Below, piece after piece: positions 1-10,652 of a stretch of 59,866 nucleotides of DNA. The notes under the pieces are model-generated. The model did not search any database, was not told the DNA's origin, and saw only the letters and a list, made by a program, of their open reading frames with translations. The stretch spans positions 1 through 59,866 of the forward strand of contig JBKJOO010000147.1 in NCBI GenBank assembly GCA_046595615.1, given 5' to 3'. The translations under genes and the position numbers were made by a program. Within the stretch, counting starts at the first letter, position 1; every line of letters starts with the position of its first letter. The stretch is from Mycobacteriales bacterium. GTDB lineage: Bacteria; Actinomycetota; Actinomycetes; Mycobacteriales; SCTD01.

Positions 1-1201
1 TCTCGAGGCGGGTCCGCCGCAGGTCGACGTGCGCCTCCAGGGCGGCGGTGGACATCGGCCGGGCGGCCTGCCCGAGGACGGCGAGCACCTGGCGGACCTG
101 CTCCTCGGCCGGGAACCCCAGGGAGGCGAAGTAGCGCCAGATGGCCTCGTCCTCGGCGCCCGGCAGCAGGACGACCTCGGCCCGGCGCACTCCTCGACCG
201 GCGCGGCCGACCTGCTGGTAGTAGGCGATGGGCGACTGCGGCGCCCCCAGGTGCACGACGAAGCCGAGGTCGGGCTTGTCGAAGCCCATCCCGAGCGCGC
301 TGGTGGCGACCAGCACCTTGACCCGGTTGGCCAGCAGGTCGTCCTCGGCCTGCCGCCGCTCGGCGTCGTCGGTCCGCCCGCTGTACGACGTGGCAGCGAT
401 CCCCCTGGCCCGCAGGTAGGACGCCACCTCCTCGGTCGCGGCCACCGTCAACGTGTAGATGATGCCGCTGCCCGGCAGCGTCCCGAGCTGATCGGCGAGC
501 CAGCCCAGCCGGTGCGCGGGGGAGGGCAGCGCGGCCACCGACAGGTGCAGCGAGCTGCGGTCGAGTTCGCCGCGCAGCACCAGGGTGTCGGTGCCGAGCT
601 GCTCGGCGACGTCGGCGACGACCCGGGCGTTGGCGGTGGCGGTCGTGGCGAGCACCGGCGTCCCCACCGGGAGCTCGGCGAGCAGGGTGCGGATCCGCCG
701 ATAGTCGGGCCGGAAGTCGTGCCCCCAGTCGCTGATGCAGTGCGCCTCGTCGACCACGACGAGGCCGGCGGTCGCGGCCAGTTCGGGCAGCACCTCGTCG
801 CGGAAACCCGGGTTGTTGAGTCGCTCGGGGCTGACCAGCAGCACGTCGGCCTGCCCGGCCTGCACCGCGTCGTACACCGCTCGCCACTGCTCGACGTTGG
901 CGCTGTTGACGGTGACCGCGGTGATCCCGGCGCGGGCCGCGGCGGCGACCTGGTTGCGCACCAGGGCGAGCAGTGGGCTGACGATGACGGTCGGTCCGGC
1001 GCCGCGGGCCCGCAGCAGCGCGGTTGCGACGAAGTAGACCGCCGACTTGCCCCACCCGGTCCGCTGCACGACGAGCGCGCGCCGGCCGCCCTCGACGAGG
1101 GCGGCGATCGCCGTCCATTGGTCCTCGCGGAGCTTGGCGCCGTCGCCGGCGAGGGCCCGCAGGGTGCGCTCGGCGTCAACCCTGAGCTGGGAGTCGGTCA
1201 C
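1..1201 (-). CDS. recQ: ATP-dependent DNA helicase, RecQ family (N-terminal part; gene runs off the left edge)
   Basis: Absent from the ORF track because it has no stop in the window. My reverse-strand translation gives VTDSQLRVDAERTLRALAG..LVVQRTGWGKSAVYF (Walker A), VVVDEAHCISDWGHDFRPDY (DEAH box, ~715-775) and LVATSALGMGFDKPDLGFVVH..QQVGRAGR (motifs V/VI). The GTG start near 1201 is approximate. Confidence 0.85.
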   Translation of the reverse strand, partial: MTDSQLRVDAERTLRALAGDGAKLREDQWTAIAALVEGGRRALVVQRTGWGKSAVYFVATALLRARGAGPTVIVSPLLALVRNQVAAAARAGITAVTVNSANVEQWRAVYDAVQAGQADVLLVSPERLNNPGFRDEVLPELAATAGLVVVDEAHCISDWGHDFRPDYRRIRTLLAELPVGTPVLATTATANARVVADVAEQLGTDTLVLRGELDRSSLHLSVAALPSPAHRLGWLADQLGTLPGSGIIYTLTVAATEEVASYLRARGIAATSYSGRTDDAERRQAEDDLLANRVKVLVATSALGMGFDKPDLGFVVHLGAPQSPIAYYQQVGRAGRGVRRAEVVLLPGAEDEAIWRYFASLGFPAEEQVRQVLAVLGQAARPMSTAALEAHVDLRRTRLE

Positions 1202-1244
1202 CTGCTGCAGGCTCGCAGCCGGGTCGGACGGTCCCGGTTGCGGG

Positions 1245-1511
1245 TCAGCCGGTGAGCAGGTCGGGCTCGGGCGTCGCGTGCCGGCGGGACCGCACTTCCT
1301 GGGCGAGGCGCTGACGCAGATCGAACCGGTCCTCGCGGTGCAGGTCCAGGTCGCGCAGGCTCACCCTGCGACGCAGGCCGTCCGGGCCGAGCCGGGACGG
1401 CAACCGGCCGCCGTCGACGAGCCGGGCGAGCGCGGTGGGGGAGACCCCGAGATAGACCGCGGCCTCCTGCAGGCTGCAGTCCGGCAGCGCGTCCAGATCG
1501 CCCTCGCGCAC
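1245..1511 (-). CDS. Small helix-turn-helix DNA-binding protein (excisionase/MerR-like HTH)
   Basis: 88-aa ORF with SLQEAAVYLGVSPTALARLVDGGRLPS, typical of excisionase-family HTH proteins. It lies directly upstream of recQ on the same strand. Confidence 0.6.
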   Translation of the reverse strand: MREGDLDALPDCSLQEAAVYLGVSPTALARLVDGGRLPSRLGPDGLRRRVSLRDLDLHREDRFDLRQRLAQEVRSRRHATPEPDLLTG

Positions 1512-1660
1512 CGCGCCACCCCGCCTCGTGAGACTCCGCCGCCCCGCACCGGGGTGCGCAAGTGAAGCACCTGCCGTGTGTCGCCCGCGCCCGAAGGTCC
1601 ACGATCGACCCTGCTCGTCCCTGTCCGGGCGCGGACGTAGGGTGCTTGAGCAGGTCCACG

Positions 1661-3034
1661 ATGGAGGTGCAACAGATGTCCAGCGCCTACGCCGGCGCCG
1701 TCTCCCGGCTGCGCGAGCAGTACGCCGCGCTGCCCCCGGGAGCGCCCGTCCGGCTCGGCAAGCGCACCTCCAACCTGTTCCGGAGCAGGGCGGCCAGCGA
1801 CGCGCCCCGGCTCGACGTGAGCGCGTTTGCGGGTGTGCTCCGCGTCGACGCCGGCGCGCGGACCGCCGAGGTGCTCGGCATGACTACGTACGAGGACCTC
1901 GTCGACGCGACCCTGGCGTACGGCCTGATGCCGCTGGTCGTCCCGCAGCTCAAGACGATCACCCTGGGCGGGGCCGTGACCGGCCTGGGCATCGAGAGCT
2001 CGAGCTTTCGCAGTGGCACGCCGCACGAGTCGGTGCTCGAGATGGACGTGCTGACCGGCGCAGGTGAGGTCGTCACCTGCAGCCGCACCGAGCACCCGGC
2101 GTTGTTCTTCGGGTTCCCGAACAGCTACGGGACGCTCGGCTACGCCCTCCGCCTGGTGATCGAGCTCGAACCGGTCCGCCCCTACGTCCACCTGCGCCAC
2201 GTCCGCGTCGGCAGCACCGAGCAGGCGGCCGAGCTGATGCGCCAGGTCTGCGCCGACCGGTCCTACGACGGGGAGTCCGTCGCCTTCGTCGACGGCACCT
2301 GGTTCGGCGAAGCCGAGGTGTTCCTCACCCTGGGCAGCTGGGCCGACGAGGCGCCCGCGCTCAGCGACTACACCGGCCAGCAGATCTACTACCGCTCGGT
2401 GCAGCGCAAGACCGAGGACTGGCTGAGCGTTCGCGACTACCTCTGGCGCTGGGACACCGACTGGTTCTGGTGCTCGCGGGCGTTCGGCGCGCAGCACCCG
2501 AAGGTCCGCCGGTGGATCCCGCGCCGCTACCTGCGCAGCGACGTCTGGTGGAAGCTGGTGGCCTTCGAGCAGCGGCACCGCTGGAAGACCCGGTGGGACC
2601 GGCGGCGCGGCCGGCCCGAGCGCGAAGAAGTCGTCCAGGACGTCGAGGTGCCCGTCGACCGGCTGGCCGAGTTCATGGCCGTCTTCGCCCGCGAGGTGCC
2701 GATCGAGCCGGTCTGGTTCTGTCCGCTGCAGCAGCGCCGGGCCGATGACGTCTGGGAGCTCTACCGGCTCGACCCCGAGGTGCTCTACGTCAACGTCGGG
2801 TTCTGGTCCTCGGTCGCCCTTGCGGCCGGCGCCGACCCCGACACGCACAACCGGCTGATCGAGGCGTTGGTCGACGACCTGGGCGGCCGCAAGTCGCTCT
2901 ACAGCACGAGTTGCTATGAGCCGGAGCAGTTCTGGCAGCTCTACAACGGCCCGGCGTACGACGTGTTGAAACGGACCTTCGACCCCGACGGCCGGCTGCT
3001 CGATCTCTACGCCAAGTGCGTCGGCCGAAGATGA
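1661..3034 (+). CDS. bfaA: FAD-binding oxidoreductase (DHCR24/DWF1-like), BfaA-type 10-methylene fatty-acyl reductase
   Basis: ORF 1562..3034 trimmed to the internal ATG (MEVQQMSSAY). FAD-binding PCMH-type region TITLGGAVTGLGIESSSFRSGTPHESVLEMDVLTG. Followed 17 nt later by a CFA-synthase-like methyltransferase. Confidence 0.75.
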   Translation: MEVQQMSSAYAGAVSRLREQYAALPPGAPVRLGKRTSNLFRSRAASDAPRLDVSAFAGVLRVDAGARTAEVLGMTTYEDLVDATLAYGLMPLVVPQLKTITLGGAVTGLGIESSSFRSGTPHESVLEMDVLTGAGEVVTCSRTEHPALFFGFPNSYGTLGYALRLVIELEPVRPYVHLRHVRVGSTEQAAELMRQVCADRSYDGESVAFVDGTWFGEAEVFLTLGSWADEAPALSDYTGQQIYYRSVQRKTEDWLSVRDYLWRWDTDWFWCSRAFGAQHPKVRRWIPRRYLRSDVWWKLVAFEQRHRWKTRWDRRRGRPEREEVVQDVEVPVDRLAEFMAVFAREVPIEPVWFCPLQQRRADDVWELYRLDPEVLYVNVGFWSSVALAAGADPDTHNRLIEALVDDLGGRKSLYSTSCYEPEQFWQLYNGPAYDVLKRTFDPDGRLLDLYAKCVGRR

Positions 3035-3050
3035 CCACCAGGAGGAGCCG

Positions 3051-4322
<1,272 letters not shown>

Positions 4323-4326
4323 CCGG

Positions 4327-4426
4327 TCACGGCAGCAGCAGCAGCTTGCCGGTCGTGCGGCGGCCGGTCAGGTCCTCGTGCGCCTGCGCTGCCTCGGCCA
4401 GCGGAGAGGTCCCGCCGATGCGCGCG
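4327..4426 (-). pseudogene. Relic 3' end of a zinc-type/quinone oxidoreductase (MDR) gene
   Basis: Reverse translation gives ..IGGTSPLAEAAQAHEDLTGRRTTGKLLLLP*, a typical MDR C-terminus. Only about 30 codons remain, and the upstream part is occupied by the acyl-CoA dehydrogenase 3' end. Confidence 0.35.
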
Positions 4427-5641
4427 TCAGTCCCGCAGCAGCGCGTCTGAAATGATCTTCCGCTGGATCTCCGAGGTGCCCTCGAAGATCGTGGTCAGTC
4501 GGGCGTCGCGCCAGTAGCGCTCCACCGCGTGCTCGGTGGTGTAGCCGTTGCCGCCGAAGATCTGCAGCGCCTGGCTGGTCACCCGCTCGGCGGTCTCGCT
4601 CGCCACCAACTTGGCCTGCGAGGTCTCGACGTCGGCCGGTTCGCCCGCGTCGAGCAGCCAGGCCGCGTGCTGCCAGAGCTGGCGGGCCGCCTCGACGTCG
4701 GCGGCCATCCCGGCGAGCCGGTGCCGGAGCACCTGCTGCTCGGCCAGCGGCTGGCCGAACTGCACCCGCTGGCGGCTGTAGGCCAAGGCGTCCTCGAGCG
4801 CCCCCCGGGCCAGGCCGACAGCGCGGGCCGCGGTCTGCACCCGGGCGATGCCGAGCCAGCGCAGGCTGTCCTTGAACCCCTGGCCCTCCTGTTGGCCGGT
4901 GTCCTGCAGCGCCCCGGCCGGCAGCCGCAACCCGTCGAGCTCGAGCTGCCAGGTGGTCAGCCCGAAGTAGCCGATCTTGTCGATCGGCCGGCCGGTCATG
5001 CCGGCCGGGAAGCTGCCGCGCTCCTTCTCGACGAGGAACAGCTCGAGGCCGTCTGACCGGCTCTGCTCCTCACCCGGCGGCCGGGTGCGGGCGAGCAGAT
5101 GGACGAAGTCCGCGGCGAGGGCGTTGCCGACCCAGCGCTTGGTCCCGGTCACGACCCAGCCGTCGCCGTCGCGCTCGGCGGAGCAGGCCACGTTGGCGAG
5201 GTCCGAGCCGGCTTGCGGTTCGGAAAAGGCGATCGAGCCGATCCAGCGCCCGGTCGCCGACCGGCGGAGCAGCTCGGCCCGGCGGACCGGATCGGGGCTG
5301 TCGCAGCCGGTCCCGTTGCCGCGGGCGATGATGCTCGCGACGCTCATCCAGGCTCTGGCCAGCTCCTCCGAGACCAGGCAGTACTCCAGCACGCCGAGCC
5401 CCAGGCCGCCGTCCTCGACCGTGACGAGCAGGCCGAAAAAGCCCAGCTCGGCCAGCCGCTCCAACAGCGCGGCCGGGATGTCTTCGTGCCTCGGGTCGAG
5501 CCGGTTGGCGACCGGCAGCACCTCGTCCATCGTAAAGGTCCGGGCGACCGCCTGCAGGGCCAGTCGGGCCGGGGTCAGGTGCACGCCGGCGGTCGGGGCC
5601 ACCGTGCGCACGCCGTCCAGGGTGTGGTGCTGCCAGGTCAT
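4427..5641 (-). CDS. Acyl-CoA dehydrogenase family protein
   Basis: 404 aa. Contains AFSEPQAGSDL, QFGQPLAEQQ and the C-terminal YTTEHAVERYWRDARLTTIFEGTSEIQR, the ACAD signature. Confidence 0.9.
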   Translation of the reverse strand: MTWQHHTLDGVRTVAPTAGVHLTPARLALQAVARTFTMDEVLPVANRLDPRHEDIPAALLERLAELGFFGLLVTVEDGGLGLGVLEYCLVSEELARAWMSVASIIARGNGTGCDSPDPVRRAELLRRSATGRWIGSIAFSEPQAGSDLANVACSAERDGDGWVVTGTKRWVGNALAADFVHLLARTRPPGEEQSRSDGLELFLVEKERGSFPAGMTGRPIDKIGYFGLTTWQLELDGLRLPAGALQDTGQQEGQGFKDSLRWLGIARVQTAARAVGLARGALEDALAYSRQRVQFGQPLAEQQVLRHRLAGMAADVEAARQLWQHAAWLLDAGEPADVETSQAKLVASETAERVTSQALQIFGGNGYTTEHAVERYWRDARLTTIFEGTSEIQRKIISDALLRD

Positions 5642-6786
5642 CGGTGCTCCGGGGTGAGGGCGGGGCCGCTCGGGTGCGGGGTCGGGACACGGTTCGGCGG
5701 GCGCAGCGGCGCCATCGTGTGGTCGCCGGTCCGCCGAGGCCCCGTCCAGGGGCCTGGTACGGCGTCGGTGCGGGCGGCGAGGGTGTAGGCCACCGCCTCG
5801 TAGTTGACCCGCCAGCCGCGGAAGTCAGGCCACGCCTGCTCCGGGCTCCGCTCGGTCTGGAAGCCGGCGCTGACCAGCCGCTCCACCCCGGTCAAGAACT
5901 CCTCGTAGGTGAGCTGCAGCGGCTTGTCGGGGTCGGGGTCGCGGTCGACCGCGATGCCGAGGCTCTCGGCGATCGCCTGCAGCGCGGTGAAGCCCATCCG
6001 CAGGCACAGGCGGGCCTCCACGGCCGGCGCGGTCGACGGCGAGAACGCCATCCACAGCGCGGCCGAGTCCAGGACCGCGACGAGGCCGACGAGCCAGGAG
6101 GTGAGCGGACCGGGCGAGCGGAACCGGGTGAGCACCGGGTAGTTGGTGTGGCTCTCGGCGACGTCGGCGGCCCAGCGCTCCCACTGCAGGTAGAAGGCGT
6201 CCATCACGGCGCCCTCGTCGGTCTCGCCGACGCCGAAGCGGGTGCGGGCCAGCACCTCCGGGCCCCACGCCGGGGTGCCGGCCCGCGAGGTCAGCAGCGT
6301 CACCTCGGTCTCCCGGCGGTTGAACGCGCCGTAGAGCGTCGGCAGGTAGCCGATCTGCAGGGCGACCACGATCAGCCCGCAGGCGGCCGCGACGTAGTCG
6401 ATGACGGTCAGGGTGCCGTTGCTGGGACCGGCGTAGCCCAGGGTGAACAGCGAGGAGCCGGCCTGCGAGCTCGCATGCCCGAAGCCCTTCGGGTCGAAGG
6501 GCCACAGCAGCAGGGAGAACCCGAGGTCGAACAGCACGAGCCACACGGCGAGCTGGGTCAGGATCGTGGTGGAGGCCTGCGTCGCGAGCCGCCGGTCGCG
6601 GGCGGTGTAGTCGTGCGTCCGCGCCGTCGCCAGCCGGTAGAGCCGGTCCACCGAGCGCCCGACGAGGCGGCTGATCCGGTCGTAGCTGTGGCGCGGCACG
6701 ACCAGCGTCGCCACCACACTCTTGACGGTGGCGACCACCAGGACGCCGCCGAGCACGGCTGCCGGGTAGGCCAAGGGCGAGCTCAT
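5638..6786 (-). CDS. Integral membrane protein, unknown function
   Basis: 382 aa with several hydrophobic helices. Its stop overlaps the ACAD start by 4 nt, suggesting co-transcription. Confidence 0.6.
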   Translation of the reverse strand: MSSPLAYPAAVLGGVLVVATVKSVVATLVVPRHSYDRISRLVGRSVDRLYRLATARTHDYTARDRRLATQASTTILTQLAVWLVLFDLGFSLLLWPFDPKGFGHASSQAGSSLFTLGYAGPSNGTLTVIDYVAAACGLIVVALQIGYLPTLYGAFNRRETEVTLLTSRAGTPAWGPEVLARTRFGVGETDEGAVMDAFYLQWERWAADVAESHTNYPVLTRFRSPGPLTSWLVGLVAVLDSAALWMAFSPSTAPAVEARLCLRMGFTALQAIAESLGIAVDRDPDPDKPLQLTYEEFLTGVERLVSAGFQTERSPEQAWPDFRGWRVNYEAVAYTLAARTDAVPGPWTGPRRTGDHTMAPLRPPNRVPTPHPSGPALTPEHR

Positions 6787-6846
6787 CGGCTGATCGTGCC
6801 AGTCGATGCCCGTCGCAGCCCGTCCGGCCGTACGACGGGGCGCGGG

Positions 6847-7182
6847 TCAGCCGGCCGCGGCCGCGAGCACTGCGACGGCGACCACCCCGCCGACGATGGC
6901 GACCATCACCAGCGGGACGAGCCAGGGCCGCCTGGTGGGCGCGCCGATGCCCGGTGCCCGGGGCGGCCGACGGCGCATCAGCACGACGGCGAGCAGCACG
7001 CACGCCTCGACGGCGAGCAGCGCGACGGCGAGCACGCCCAGCCCGGTGACGATCAGCCCGACGGTGACCAGGGCCAGCGGCAGGACGTAGGCGAACAGCA
7101 CCGCGACGAGGTCGACCGGTCGCCGCCCGGGCGGCCGCCGCGGCGCTGCAGGGGTAGTCACCGGCGCAGTCTGCCGCGCCAT
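6847..7182 (-). CDS. Small membrane protein (2-3 TM helices)
   Basis: 111 aa with LVAVLFAYVLPLALVTVGLIVTGLGVLAVALLAVEACVLLAVVL. No family recognised. Confidence 0.4.
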   Translation of the reverse strand: MARQTAPVTTPAAPRRPPGRRPVDLVAVLFAYVLPLALVTVGLIVTGLGVLAVALLAVEACVLLAVVLMRRRPPRAPGIGAPTRRPWLVPLVMVAIVGGVVAVAVLAAAAG

Positions 7183-7220
7183 GGGGGAGACTGCCCCGGC
7201 AGCATCGACGAGGGAGCAGC

Positions 7221-8504
7221 ATGAGCGAGTGGGGCCGGGTCACCGACGACGGGGCCGTCTTCGTCAGGACCGCCGAGGGTGAGCGCGAGGTGGGGTCCTG
7301 GCATGCCGGGACGCCGGCGGAGGGGCTGGCGCACTTCGTCCGGCGCTTCGAGCAGCTGGCGACCGAGGTGACGCTGCTCGAGCAGCGGTTGCGCAGCGGC
7401 GCCGGTGATCCGCGACAGGTCGCGGCGAGCGCAGGGCGGCTGAAGGAGACGTTGCCGACGGCCCCGGCGGTCGGCAACCTGGCCGCCCTCGAGACGCGGG
7501 TCGACGCGCTGCTGGCCGGCACCGCGGCGGCGGTGGAGGCGGCCAAGGCAGCCCGCGAGGTGGCCAAGGGGGAGGCGGTGCTTGCGAAGACGGCGCTGGC
7601 CGAGGAGGCCGAGCAGCTGGCCGCGAGCTCGTCCTGGCGCGACACCGGCGAACGTCTGCGCACCCTGGGCCAGGACTGGAAGCGCATCACCGGGGTCGAC
7701 AAGAAAACCGATGACGCCCTCTGGGAGCGCGTCGTCGCAGCCCGAGCCCGGTTCAACGAGCGCCGCACCACCCACTTCGGCGCCCTGGAGCAGCAGCGCG
7801 AGGTCTCCAAGACTCGCAAGGAGCACCTGGTCCGCGACGCGGAGGGACTGTCCGGTTCGACCGACTGGAAGGCCACGGCCGACCGTTACAAGCAGCTGAT
7901 GGCCGATTGGAAGACCGCCGGCCGCGCCCCCCGCGAGGTCGAGGATTCGCTCTGGGAGTCCTTCAAAGCCGCCCAGGACCGCTTTTTCAGCGCCCGCAAC
8001 GCCTCCTTCGCCGAGCAGGACGAGGAGTTCCGCGGCAACCAGAAGCAGAAGGAGGACATCCTCGCCGAGGCCGAGGCGCTCGATCCGTCGGCGGTGGATC
8101 GGGGCAAGGCCGCGCTGCGCAAGCTGGGGGAGCGCTGGGAGGCCGTCGGCAAGGTGCCGCGCGACGCGATGCGCTCGCTCGAGGATCGGATGGCGGCTGT
8201 CGAGGAGAAATTCCGCAGCGCCGGGTCGGCTGCCGCGCCCAAACAGGAATCGCCCTTCGTGGTGCGGCTGCGCGAGAAGGTACTGGAGCTCGAGGGCAAG
8301 CTCGACAAGGCCCGGGCCGCCGGTCGTCCCACCGGCGAGTTGGAAGCGTCGCTCGAAACCCAGCGCCAGTGGCTCTCGCAGGCCGGTGTGCAAGTCGCCT
8401 CGCCGGCTGCCACCCCAGCGGCGACGGTGGCCGTCGAGCCCAGGAAGCGCACCACCGGCTGGGTCCGGGCTGCCGACGACGAGCCGTCCGCCCAGGACGA
8501 CTGA
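7221..8504 (+). CDS. DUF349 domain-containing protein
   Basis: 427 aa. The N-terminus SEWGRVTDDGAVFVRT and repeated helical K/E-rich modules (W..FK.AQD.FF..R) match actinobacterial DUF349 proteins. Confidence 0.75.
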   Translation: MSEWGRVTDDGAVFVRTAEGEREVGSWHAGTPAEGLAHFVRRFEQLATEVTLLEQRLRSGAGDPRQVAASAGRLKETLPTAPAVGNLAALETRVDALLAGTAAAVEAAKAAREVAKGEAVLAKTALAEEAEQLAASSSWRDTGERLRTLGQDWKRITGVDKKTDDALWERVVAARARFNERRTTHFGALEQQREVSKTRKEHLVRDAEGLSGSTDWKATADRYKQLMADWKTAGRAPREVEDSLWESFKAAQDRFFSARNASFAEQDEEFRGNQKQKEDILAEAEALDPSAVDRGKAALRKLGERWEAVGKVPRDAMRSLEDRMAAVEEKFRSAGSAAAPKQESPFVVRLREKVLELEGKLDKARAAGRPTGELEASLETQRQWLSQAGVQVASPAATPAATVAVEPRKRTTGWVRAADDEPSAQDD

Positions 8505-8546
8505 CCCTGCCCCGGCGTACGCCGAACCGGACCGCACCCGGGCGGA

Positions 8547-9242
8547 TCAGCTCAGCTGGCTGCGCAGGAAGTCCACGGTGCGGGACCAGGCCAGCTTGGC
8601 GTCGACCTCGCTGTAGGTGCCCAGCAGGTTCTCGTCGTTGTGGAAGGCGTGCGCGGCGTCGTAGAAGTGGAATTCGACCGGTGCGCCGGACTCGCTGCGG
8701 AGCTGCTGCTCCTGCTGCCTGGCGGCCTCGGCTGGGTAGAAGTCGTCCTTCAACCCGTAGTGCCCCTGGACGGCGGCGGTGACGCCGGCGTAGGACTTGG
8801 GGTCGCCGGGGCCGACCCCGTAGAACGGCACGGCCGCGCCGACCTTGTCGCCCTGCTGGGCGGCGAGCAGCAGCACGAAACCGCCACCCATGCAGAAGCC
8901 GACCGCCCCGACCTTGCTGGAGGTGACGGCCTCGTGCGCGAGTAGGAAGTCGACCGCGCCACCGAGGTCCCTGGCGGCCTGGTCGACCGGGAGCGACATC
9001 ATCAGCTGGCCGGCCTCGTCGGCGTCATGGGCGGTCTTGCCGCCGTAGAGGTCGGGGGCAAGGGCGACGAAGCCCTCCTTGGCCAGCCGGTCGGCGATGG
9101 CTGCGATGTGGTCGGTGAGGCCCCACCACTCCTGGATCACGATGACGCCGGGGCCGCTGCCCGACTCGGGCACGGCCAGATACCCGTGCGCGGTACCCCC
9201 GCCGCTCGGGAAGGTGGTGTTCTGCCGGTGCTGCTCGCTCAT
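8547..9242 (-). CDS. Dienelactone hydrolase family protein
   Basis: 231 aa. Contains GVIVIQEWWGL and the nucleophile elbow GAVGFCMGGGF. Confidence 0.85.
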   Translation of the reverse strand: MSEQHRQNTTFPSGGGTAHGYLAVPESGSGPGVIVIQEWWGLTDHIAAIADRLAKEGFVALAPDLYGGKTAHDADEAGQLMMSLPVDQAARDLGGAVDFLLAHEAVTSSKVGAVGFCMGGGFVLLLAAQQGDKVGAAVPFYGVGPGDPKSYAGVTAAVQGHYGLKDDFYPAEAARQQEQQLRSESGAPVEFHFYDAAHAFHNDENLLGTYSEVDAKLAWSRTVDFLRSQLS

Positions 9243-9331
9243 GGCTGCCTTTCCAGGGTCACGGTGGGGACGTGTGTGTTCCTACACGACCGGTCGGATC
9301 CTGCGGTGGCCCGGGTCGGTGCGCCGCGGGC

Positions 9332-10003
9332 TCAGTCGCCCCGCGCCCGTTCGCGCCTGATCCCCACCACGTCGTACGACGCACGCCCGGCAGCCAGCCC
9401 GCGCTGCTCGAACCGGGTGACCGGCCTGGTCGCGGGCCGCTCGACCCGCCGGGTGTCGAGCACCGACGCCATGACCTCGACCGCCTGCTCGGCGTACGCG
9501 GGCCAGTCGGTCGCGACGTGCAGGCGACCACCGGGCACCAGGCGGTCTGCCACCAACCGGGCAAAGGTAGGGCTGATCAGCCGGCGCTTGGTGTGCCGGG
9601 CCTTGGGCCAGGGATCGGGGAAGAACACCCGTACCTCGGTCAGTGACGAACGCGCGACGACGTCGCGGAGCAACGTGACGGCGTCACCCTCGACGACCCG
9701 GACGTTGGTCAGGTGCGCCTGGTCGAGGCGTTGCAGCAGGGCCGCGACCCCGGCCCGGTGCACCTCGACAGCGACGATGTCGATCTCGGGCTGCGCAGCG
9801 GCCATCGCGGCGGTGGCCTCGCCCATGCCCGAGCCGATCTCGACGACCAGCGGGGCCAGCCGACCGAAGACCCTCGGCGGGTCCAGGAGGGCGGTCGGCG
9901 GGCAGCCGAACCCCGGCCGCAGCCGCTCGAGCGCGGCGAGTGCGTTGGGTGAGGTCCGTCCCTGGCGCAGCCGATAGGTGTGGATCGCATCACCCGCCTG
10001 CAC
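9332..10003 (-). CDS. trmB: tRNA (guanine-N7)-methyltransferase
   Basis: 223 aa. Contains VEIGSGMGEATAAMA and FFPDPWPKARHTKRRL, the TrmB signature. Confidence 0.9.
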   Translation of the reverse strand: MQAGDAIHTYRLRQGRTSPNALAALERLRPGFGCPPTALLDPPRVFGRLAPLVVEIGSGMGEATAAMAAAQPEIDIVAVEVHRAGVAALLQRLDQAHLTNVRVVEGDAVTLLRDVVARSSLTEVRVFFPDPWPKARHTKRRLISPTFARLVADRLVPGGRLHVATDWPAYAEQAVEVMASVLDTRRVERPATRPVTRFEQRGLAAGRASYDVVGIRRERARGD

Positions 10004-10085
10004 TGGCCCATCCTGTCAGGTGTGAGTCCGGCGCCTGCTGGCGAGACCAAGCTGTACCAGCATCGACGAGGGAGGGGGCGGCCAG

Positions 10086-10652
10086 GTGTGCCGACAGCGG
10101 GCCACGACCTTTACGCCCAGTCTTCGGGCGGCGCATGGCGCCCGAACCGCCGTCGGGCAAGCCTGCGACGCCTGGGGCATCGCCCCGACCGAAGACCTGC
10201 TGGTCATCGCCTCGGAACTGGTGACCAACGCGGTGCTCCACGCCAGGACGGCGATCGACCTGCAGGTGTGCGTTGCCGCAGGCGTCATCGAGGTGGCGGT
10301 CGGCGACAGTGATGCCGGCCGTCCGACGGTCCGGCCGAACCGGCAGGACCTGCTCGCCGATCTCGACCGGGTGCCCGTCCGGGCGCTCGACGTCGACGAC
10401 CGGCACCCCGACCTGTCGGTGGGCGCCGCCGGCAGCGTGGCCGCCGGGCGCGGCCTGCTCCTTGTCGCGGCCCTCGCGCACAGCTGGGGCGTCGTCTCGC
10501 GACCCGGCGGCGGCAAGGACGTCTGGGCGCGGGTCACGCAACCGACGGGCTGGCCGCACCGGTCCGACTGCCGGTGCGCGGGTGCCCTCGCCCACACGCC
10601 CGGCGGCCTCGAGGTGCTGCACCTCGCCGGGGCGTGGGACGAGGCGGGCTAG
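10086..10652 (+). CDS. HATPase_c-type ATP-binding protein (RsbW/SpoIIAB-like anti-sigma regulatory kinase fold)
   Basis: 188 aa. N-box-like [10 protein letters not shown] and G-box-like [18 protein letters not shown] start. Confidence 0.65.
   Translation: MCRQRATTFTPSLRAAHGARTAVGQACDAWGIAPTEDLLVIASELVTNAVLHARTAIDLQVCVAAGVIEVAVGDSDAGRPTVRPNRQDLLADLDRVPVRALDVDDRHPDLSVGAAGSVAAGRGLLLVAALAHSWGVVSRPGGGKDVWARVTQPTGWPHRSDCRCAGALAHTPGGLEVLHLAGAWDEAG

Noticed and set aside
29-1255. 408-aa plus-strand ORF covering the left end.
   Set aside because: Its composition is Gly/Arg/Pro/Ala-rich with no motifs. The opposite strand encodes a motif-perfect RecQ helicase, so this is a classic high-GC antisense shadow ORF.
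5644-7876. Very long ORFs 5644..7224 (+, 526 aa) and 5825..7876 (-, 683 aa).
   Set aside because: They have low-complexity R/G/P/A sequence. They overlap better-supported genes (a membrane protein, a small membrane protein and the DUF349 protein) and are in frames with atypical codon-position GC. No family signatures.
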